64,000 nucleotides of DNA from Abditibacterium sp. (lineage in GTDB: Bacteria; Armatimonadota; Abditibacteriia; Abditibacteriales; Abditibacteriaceae), in NCBI GenBank assembly GCA_965199495.1, contig CBDASK010000003.1, forward strand, positions 2,496,001-2,560,000. Reading direction: 5' to 3'. Of this stretch, positions 58,398 through 64,000 are shown in pieces; position 1 is the stretch's first letter, and each line of letters starts with the position of its first letter. The position numbers were made by a program, and so were the translations under genes. The notes beneath the pieces are model-generated. The model did not search any database. It saw nothing but the letters and a program-made list of their open reading frames with translations, and had not been told where the DNA came from.

Positions 58398-59396
58398 ATG
58401 GAATATAATAATCTCGGCGGAAGCGACCTCAAGGTTTCCGCGATTTCTTTCGGCTGTTGGACGATGGGCGGCCTCAACTTTGTGGACGGCAACCCCAACG
58501 GTTGGGCCGATGTAGACGAAGACGAAGTCACGGCGGGCGTGCGCGCCGGTTTGGATGCGGGCGTCACGCACTTCGACAATGCCGACGTTTACGGCAATGG
58601 GCGCGCCGAACGAATGCTGGCGCGCGTTTTCGACAAACTGGGCGTCGCGCCCGATTCCGTGACAGTCGCCACCAAAGTCGGCCATTTTCCCGGCACCGCG
58701 CCACACGCTTACGACGCGCTCCACGTTCGCGGTCAAGCCGAGCAATCGTTGGCGAATCTCAATCGCGAAAGCCTTGACCTCTATTATTTTCATCACGGCA
58801 ACTTTGGCGATGACGATCAATATTTGGAAGGCGCCGTGACAGAAGTGCAGAAAATGGTGGACGAAGGCAAAATTCGCTACGCCGGTTTGTCGGCTTACAG
58901 CGCTGACGATTTCGAGCGCTTGGTGCCGAAAATCAAAAACATCGCGCCCAATTTTCCCCTTGTCGCACTGCAAAGTTGGGCCAACGCGCTCGATTACGAT
59001 TTCATTAAACCCGGCAGTCGCGTGCAAAACGTGATGGACGAGCATAATCTCAGTTACGTCGCGTTTAGCCCGCTCGCGCAGGGACGATTGTTGGACAAGT
59101 TCAACCCCGATAATCCGCCGCAATTCGAGCCGGGCGATCATCGCAAAGGCAGCGACGCTTTCAAGGCCGAAGCGATTGCGAAGTTGCAGCCGAAGTTGGC
59201 GAAACTCAAAGAGCGTTTCGGCGATTCGACGCAGGATTTGGCGAGCATGGCGCTGGGCTTCATTCTGGCGCAACCGCGCGTGGGTTGCGCCATTCCCGGT
59301 TTTCGCAACGAGCGTCAGGCCAAATGCAACGTCGCGGGCGACGGCAAAGCGCTATCGAGCGAAGACGCGCAATTTGTGATTGAGACGCTGAGTTAA
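58398..59396 (+). CDS. Aldo/keto reductase
   Basis: LGGSDLKVSAISFGCW, FDNADVYGNG, ATKVG, DLYYFH, FSPLAQG, IPG. Confidence 0.92.
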   Translation: MEYNNLGGSDLKVSAISFGCWTMGGLNFVDGNPNGWADVDEDEVTAGVRAGLDAGVTHFDNADVYGNGRAERMLARVFDKLGVAPDSVTVATKVGHFPGTAPHAYDALHVRGQAEQSLANLNRESLDLYYFHHGNFGDDDQYLEGAVTEVQKMVDEGKIRYAGLSAYSADDFERLVPKIKNIAPNFPLVALQSWANALDYDFIKPGSRVQNVMDEHNLSYVAFSPLAQGRLLDKFNPDNPPQFEPGDHRKGSDAFKAEAIAKLQPKLAKLKERFGDSTQDLASMALGFILAQPRVGCAIPGFRNERQAKCNVAGDGKALSSEDAQFVIETLS

Positions 59397-59408
59397 TTTT
59401 GGACGCCC

Positions 59409-59442
59409 AAGGCGGCGTGGCTGGTAGCAGCCACGCCGCCTT
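59409..59442. terminator. Hairpin between convergent genes, formed by an inverted pair of CGGCGTGGCT
   Basis: AAGGCGGCGTGGCT-GGTAGC-AGCCACGCCGCCTT. Confidence 0.7.
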
Positions 59443-60562
59443 ATTTAATGCGCCACAGAGTGATTTTGTTCTGTGCAGCGACGGCGAGCGTGTTTCCATC
59501 GGGCGCAAACGCGACCGATTGTGGCACCGGAATCAATTTTGAGTCGCTGGGAAAACTTCGTTCGAGGGCGCCCAATTTCAAATTCATCAATAGAGCTTGA
59601 CCGTCATATGTGCCCAACGCCAACTGCCCGCTATCGGGCGAATAAGAAACGTTAATTATGCCCTGTGTCTGCTCCAAATCCACGATTTGAGACCAAGAAC
59701 AGATCAATTTGCCGCTCTGCGCATCGTGGACATACAGAAATTCGTGATTGCGTGGTTTACCCGCAGGACTATAGGTTTGAACGAAAGCGTGCCCTCCATA
59801 AATTGCCAGCGTTTTGCCATCGGGCGACCAGCGAACGTTCGGCGACCATTGGGCCGCATCTCTATAAGACGGTTGCGCCGTAGCAAATTTTCGCCGCAAC
59901 TTTCCGGTTTGCGCATCTATAAACAAGACGCGGTTTTCTCCAACAATCGCCAACTCGCGATTGTTGGGCGAAAAGGCCAACGCGTTGACTTTGCGCACGC
60001 CAGTGTCAAAATCGGCGTCGGCAATAACGGTTGCCGAGCTGCCCAAATGCACGATTTGATTGGGCAAACCCGTCAAACCGTCATCCCAGGCGGCGCGCTG
60101 ACTATCGGACGAAATGACCCAGTTATAGGACTGCGAATGAAAATTCCATTGTTGCTGCTCGCCGGGCATCGCCCCGATGATACCGTGAGCCGCGCCCGCT
60201 TCCACGTCCCAAAAATCGTGCAATCTCGTTGACGGAAACTGCTCTCTTTTGGTAACGATGGCCGCCGTCTTTCCATTCGCGTCGAGCGACACTCGCCACG
60301 CATTAACAGCGCGCACAGTGAGCGACTCACCGTCCCAATTGCGCGTCTCGAACGGGCCTTTCCATACCACGGAATCGGCACGCGCCAAAAATAAACCGTT
60401 GGGACACCAGAACAAATCGCGATTTCTATTTTGCTGTCCCACTTTTTGAGTCGTCGGCAGATCAATAAAGTGAGGTTGCCACGAACGCAACGCGCGCAGC
60501 GGAATAATCAACGCGAGCGGCAACGCAACGGTGAGAGCGATGAGAATTTTGCGGCGATTCAT
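59441..60562 (-). CDS. Membrane-anchored WD40 repeat protein
   Basis: N-terminal TM segment; LAFSPN, WSPDGKTLA, YSPDS and FAPDGNTLA repeats. Confidence 0.85.
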   Translation of the reverse strand: MNRRKILIALTVALPLALIIPLRALRSWQPHFIDLPTTQKVGQQNRNRDLFWCPNGLFLARADSVVWKGPFETRNWDGESLTVRAVNAWRVSLDANGKTAAIVTKREQFPSTRLHDFWDVEAGAAHGIIGAMPGEQQQWNFHSQSYNWVISSDSQRAAWDDGLTGLPNQIVHLGSSATVIADADFDTGVRKVNALAFSPNNRELAIVGENRVLFIDAQTGKLRRKFATAQPSYRDAAQWSPNVRWSPDGKTLAIYGGHAFVQTYSPAGKPRNHEFLYVHDAQSGKLICSWSQIVDLEQTQGIINVSYSPDSGQLALGTYDGQALLMNLKLGALERSFPSDSKLIPVPQSVAFAPDGNTLAVAAQNKITLWRIK

Positions 60563-60564
60563 CT

Positions 60565-61323
60565 TCACAAATTTAACACTTTCTGCCGATACGCCTCGGC
60601 GTTCCAACCGGCGATATATTCGACTTGGTCGTCCGACAAAAACGTCGGGCCGCCCAACGCCGCCGCGCCCAGCCAGATGTGCGCGGCTTTTTCGGCCATT
60701 AACGTCGTCGCCAAAACCGCGTCGGGCGTCTTGCCTAAAGCGATTATTCCGTGATTACCCAGCAAAATCAGACGCGGCACTTGATTCCACTTTTGGCGAA
60801 ACGCCTCGACTTCCTCGCGAATTTTGCGCGCGAGCGGCACGCCCGGATTGATGGTGGGCACCCAAACTGATTGCGCGCCGCAACAGACGATTTCGTCGGG
60901 AAACAATCGCTTGCTCGCAAATTCAGATGCGCGCGGGCTGCAAACGATGGCGTTGACGGCGATGGGATGCGTGTGGCCGACGAAATGAACATCGGGCAAA
61001 CCCAATAAATAGGCGTGAAATAGCGCTTCGGTCGAAGGTTTGCGATCTGATTCAAAAGCGCGCGAGGCTAACAACGCGGTTTCGATTTCGTCATCGGAGA
61101 ATTCGGGATGCTCAAATAATTCCGTAACTTGGGCGCGCCGACAACGAGCCACGCCGCCCGCGTCGAGTGTGGAAAGCGAACTGCCGCTGGCTTTGACGGC
61201 GAACAAATCGTTGTCCAAACGCATCGAGGTGTTGCCCTCGCCCAAAATGGCGAGGCCGCGTTTTTCTTCGCCCAGTTGGTGCGAAAGGTCGAGCAGAGAT
61301 TGAATATTGGATAAGTTCTTCAT
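60565..61323 (-). CDS. Class II aldolase/adducin family protein
   Basis: GEGNTS, KASG, KPSTEALFH, HTHP, LGNHG. Confidence 0.9.
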   Translation of the reverse strand: MKNLSNIQSLLDLSHQLGEEKRGLAILGEGNTSMRLDNDLFAVKASGSSLSTLDAGGVARCRRAQVTELFEHPEFSDDEIETALLASRAFESDRKPSTEALFHAYLLGLPDVHFVGHTHPIAVNAIVCSPRASEFASKRLFPDEIVCCGAQSVWVPTINPGVPLARKIREEVEAFRQKWNQVPRLILLGNHGIIALGKTPDAVLATTLMAEKAAHIWLGAAALGGPTFLSDDQVEYIAGWNAEAYRQKVLNL

Positions 61324-61566
61324 TGAATGTAGAGACGCACCATCAGACGTTTTGTCGCCCGCAAATCGGCGGCACTAATAAATCCTCTCCAAAATATTTA
61401 CAAATGAGAAACACATCCGAAATATTTAAAGCGTAAAGTTGTGTGCAACACGAAGTCGAATCGCGAAACCCTTGCGCCGGGCGGTTTTGGTGGCAACATG
61501 GATACACCAGAAACAAGCGGGGCGAAAAAGCGCGCGTTGAATTCGTGAAATTCTCGGAGAAACATA

Positions 61567-62358
61567 TTGAACAATCTGAAAAAATTAGTCGCCGCCGGAG
61601 TGGCCGCGACCGCCATCCTCGGCGTCGCGGGTATTAAACCCGCCGCCGCCACGCCCGCCACGCTGGGCTTTTATCCCGCGACCGATATTTATGGAGATCA
61701 AGTCTTCCATCTCGACGTTGACCGTTATAGCATTGACGATTTCAAAGGTTCGGGCAACGCCGATACTTATGGTCTGACTTACGGCATCGGCGACAAGGGC
61801 GGCGTGGCTGGACGCAACGAAATCGGGTTCGATTACTACTCGAATTCGGGTGTGAACTTGGGCAAATCGCTCTACTTTAACGGCAAAACCCAGTTGTATG
61901 ACGATGCCGCCAAAGGCGTGCGCGTCGTGGGCGGTTTGTGGCTGGCGGGCAGCACCGATAACGCGTTGGTTTCCAATACCGGTTATTTGCTGGCTTCCAA
62001 ATCGTTCAAATTCGGTCGCATTCATGCGGGCGTGGCTCATGCGTTCAGCGACAAAAATATCGGTGGCAACGCCGCCGATACGACCTTTTTGCAACTGGGC
62101 TACGACCGCGCCATCACGCCCAAAGTCTTGTTCGTCGCCGATTATTACAGCGGCAAATCGCTGATTTCGGGCGTGCAGCCGACGCTTTATTACTCGGTCA
62201 ACTCGCAGGCCAGCTTTGGTCTGGGCTACTTTTTCTGTAACGAACCCAAAGGCACCGGCTTCAACAACGACCAGTTGTATTTGTGCTTCGACTACAACTT
62301 CGGTGGCCGCAAAGCCGCTCCACCAGCCGAAGGTACGCCCGGCGCGCCCGGCGCCTGA
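61567..62358 (+). CDS. Secreted protein, probable outer-membrane beta-barrel
   Basis: Signal peptide, alternating aromatic beta strands, LCFDYNF near the C-terminus; TTG start. Confidence 0.65.
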   Translation: MNNLKKLVAAGVAATAILGVAGIKPAAATPATLGFYPATDIYGDQVFHLDVDRYSIDDFKGSGNADTYGLTYGIGDKGGVAGRNEIGFDYYSNSGVNLGKSLYFNGKTQLYDDAAKGVRVVGGLWLAGSTDNALVSNTGYLLASKSFKFGRIHAGVAHAFSDKNIGGNAADTTFLQLGYDRAITPKVLFVADYYSGKSLISGVQPTLYYSVNSQASFGLGYFFCNEPKGTGFNNDQLYLCFDYNFGGRKAAPPAEGTPGAPGA

Positions 62359-62643
62359 TGATTTGACGATGCTCGCTTGCCAACATGAGCGGGTGTCGTC
62401 GCTCCCTTTCATCGCGACAACGCGAAACCAACAAATCGCTTAAAAACGAGCCGCGCGAGTTAGACCGCGTGGCTCGTTCGTCTGTGTCATTCGATTTGGC
62501 TGATGCTCTAAAGCTGTGTGAGAATAAATTGCGACAGAACGAAGCGTCAGCCTCGCTCCCCTCGTTTTATCGCAATTGCCAAATCAAATTCGGCGCGCCA
62601 CTTGCCACCGACATTACCTCTAAATTTTCGTCTTTAATCTCCG

Positions 62644-64000
62644 ATGCCCACCCCCGATGCTTTCGATGCCTTTTATGCGCCCGACGATGCCGCCGCCAGC
62701 GATGAATCTCCGTCCGAACCCGATGTGCAAAACGAGCATGAACATGATAACATCGAATATGTCTTGCGCATGGCGCGCGACCGCAAAGTCAAGTTCGTGC
62801 GCCTGTGGTTCACCGATATTTTGGGCATCCTGAAAAGTGTGGCGATTATCGCCGACGAACTGGAAACCGCTCTCCACGAAGGCATTACTTTCGATGGCGC
62901 GGCCATCGAAGGGTTTTCGCGCGAAACCGAAAGCGATATGATCGCTTTGCCCGATCCGGAAACTTTCGTGCTGCTGCCGTTTGCCGACGACGAAGGCGCC
63001 GTGGCTCGTCTGTTTTGCGATATTATCCGCCCCGACGGTTCGCCCTCACAAACCGATCCGCGCCACATTCTCAAAACGCAATTGAAGGCGGCGGGCAAAC
63101 TGGGCTTTACGTTTTATGTTGGCCCCGAAGTCGAATACTTCTACTTCAAAACGATGCCCGACAACCAGCCACGGCGCCCCGAACCGCTCGATCACGGCGG
63201 CTATTTCGATTTAACGCCGCACGATTTGGCCTCGCCACTCCGCCGCAAAACCGCTTTAACCTTGGAAAAAATGGACATCGGCGTCGAGTCGAGCCATCAC
63301 GAAGGCGCGCCGTCGCAGCACGAAATAGACCTGCGCTACACCGACGCTTTAACGATGGCCGATTCGTTAATGACGTTTCGTCTGGTCGTCAAAGAAATCG
63401 CGGCGGAAAACGGCGTGTTCGCCACCTTCATGCCCAAGCCTTCGGTTCATTACAACGGTTCGGGCATGCACATCAACATGAGTTTGTTCAAGGGCGGCAA
63501 AAACGCGTTTTACGACCCGAAAAAGCCCGACGAAATGTCGGCGACCGCGCGCTATTTTCTGGCCGGTTTGCTCAAGCATTCGGCGGAACTGACGCTGTTT
63601 ACCAACCAGTGGGTCAACTCCTATAAGCGTCTGGTGCCCGGTTTCGAGGCGCCGACGCGCGCGACCTGGGCGATGCGCAGTCGCGACGATTTGGTGCGCG
63701 TGCCGGCGTTCAAGCCGGGCCGCGAGAGCAGTCGTCGCGTCGAATATCGCTCGCCCGACGCCGCGTGCAATCCGTATTTAGTTTTCGCATTATTATTGGC
63801 GGCGGGTTTGGACGGCATCCGCAACAAAATGCCGTTGGACGAAGAAAGCAACGAGGCCGCGACCGAACTCCCGACCAGCCTGGGCGAAGCGATTCGCGCG
63901 TCGCAAAACTCCAAGTTGGCGCGCGCGGTTTTGGGCGATTTGTTATTCGAGAAAGTTTTGGCCAACAAACGCGCCGAATGGGAAAATTATCGCGCGCAGG
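62644..64000 (+). CDS. glnA: Glutamine synthetase type I family protein, 3' end outside window
   Basis: Manual translation: FVRLWFTDILG, FDGAAIEGF, GPEVEY, HHEGAPSQHE, FMPKP, NGSGMH, NSYKRLVPGFEAP, EYRSPDAACNPY. Confidence 0.9.
   Translation, partial: MPTPDAFDAFYAPDDAAASDESPSEPDVQNEHEHDNIEYVLRMARDRKVKFVRLWFTDILGILKSVAIIADELETALHEGITFDGAAIEGFSRETESDMIALPDPETFVLLPFADDEGAVARLFCDIIRPDGSPSQTDPRHILKTQLKAAGKLGFTFYVGPEVEYFYFKTMPDNQPRRPEPLDHGGYFDLTPHDLASPLRRKTALTLEKMDIGVESSHHEGAPSQHEIDLRYTDALTMADSLMTFRLVVKEIAAENGVFATFMPKPSVHYNGSGMHINMSLFKGGKNAFYDPKKPDEMSATARYFLAGLLKHSAELTLFTNQWVNSYKRLVPGFEAPTRATWAMRSRDDLVRVPAFKPGRESSRRVEYRSPDAACNPYLVFALLLAAGLDGIRNKMPLDEESNEAATELPTSLGEAIRASQNSKLARAVLGDLLFEKVLANKRAEWENYRAQ

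Noticed and set aside
62400..62643. glnA riboswitch or GlnR/NtcA box upstream of glnA
   Set aside because: I could not match a consensus by eye; an Rfam/Infernal scan would be needed.
1734..63176. Iterated motif as a Chi/KOPS-type polar site or pure Ala-codon artefact
   Set aside because: The 22 CGCCGTGGCT copies split 9 forward and 13 reverse, and occur in several reading frames and in non-coding hairpins. These explanations are disfavoured but need the genome-wide test.

Overview
A chromosomal window from a GC-rich, CG-dinucleotide-rich aerobic bacterium. The protein families resemble Abditibacteriota/Armatimonadota, which is inference only. From left to right it contains: (i) an ~11 kb minus-strand phosphosignalling cluster (FHA-trypsin, Zn-ribbon-FHA, pseudokinase-PP2C fusion, vWA, two paralogous Ser/Thr kinases, membrane proteins) downstream of tRNA-Pro(GGG); (ii) an 18 kb respiratory operon with fused ctaA-ctaB, alternative complex III (actA-G), Sco and a type A2 caa3 oxidase; (iii) a PHP phosphatase, an IS982 element with a nonsense codon, a COG0523 GTPase, tandem paralogues, ychF and a truncated globin; (iv) cimA with an apparent Ile-sensing attenuator, a nucleotidyltransferase-like gene pair, mqnE with an ankyrin cassette inserted at its 3' end, a GtrA/GT4/GT-C/GT2 glycosylation locus, mqnC, and a partial glnA. 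Several families of intergenic palindromic elements are present. The most striking unexplained signal is a non-palindromic 10-mer, CGNCGTGGCT. I counted about 48 copies by hand, on both strands and in most reading frames, including inverted pairs at gene ends. This pattern resembles a DNA uptake sequence.
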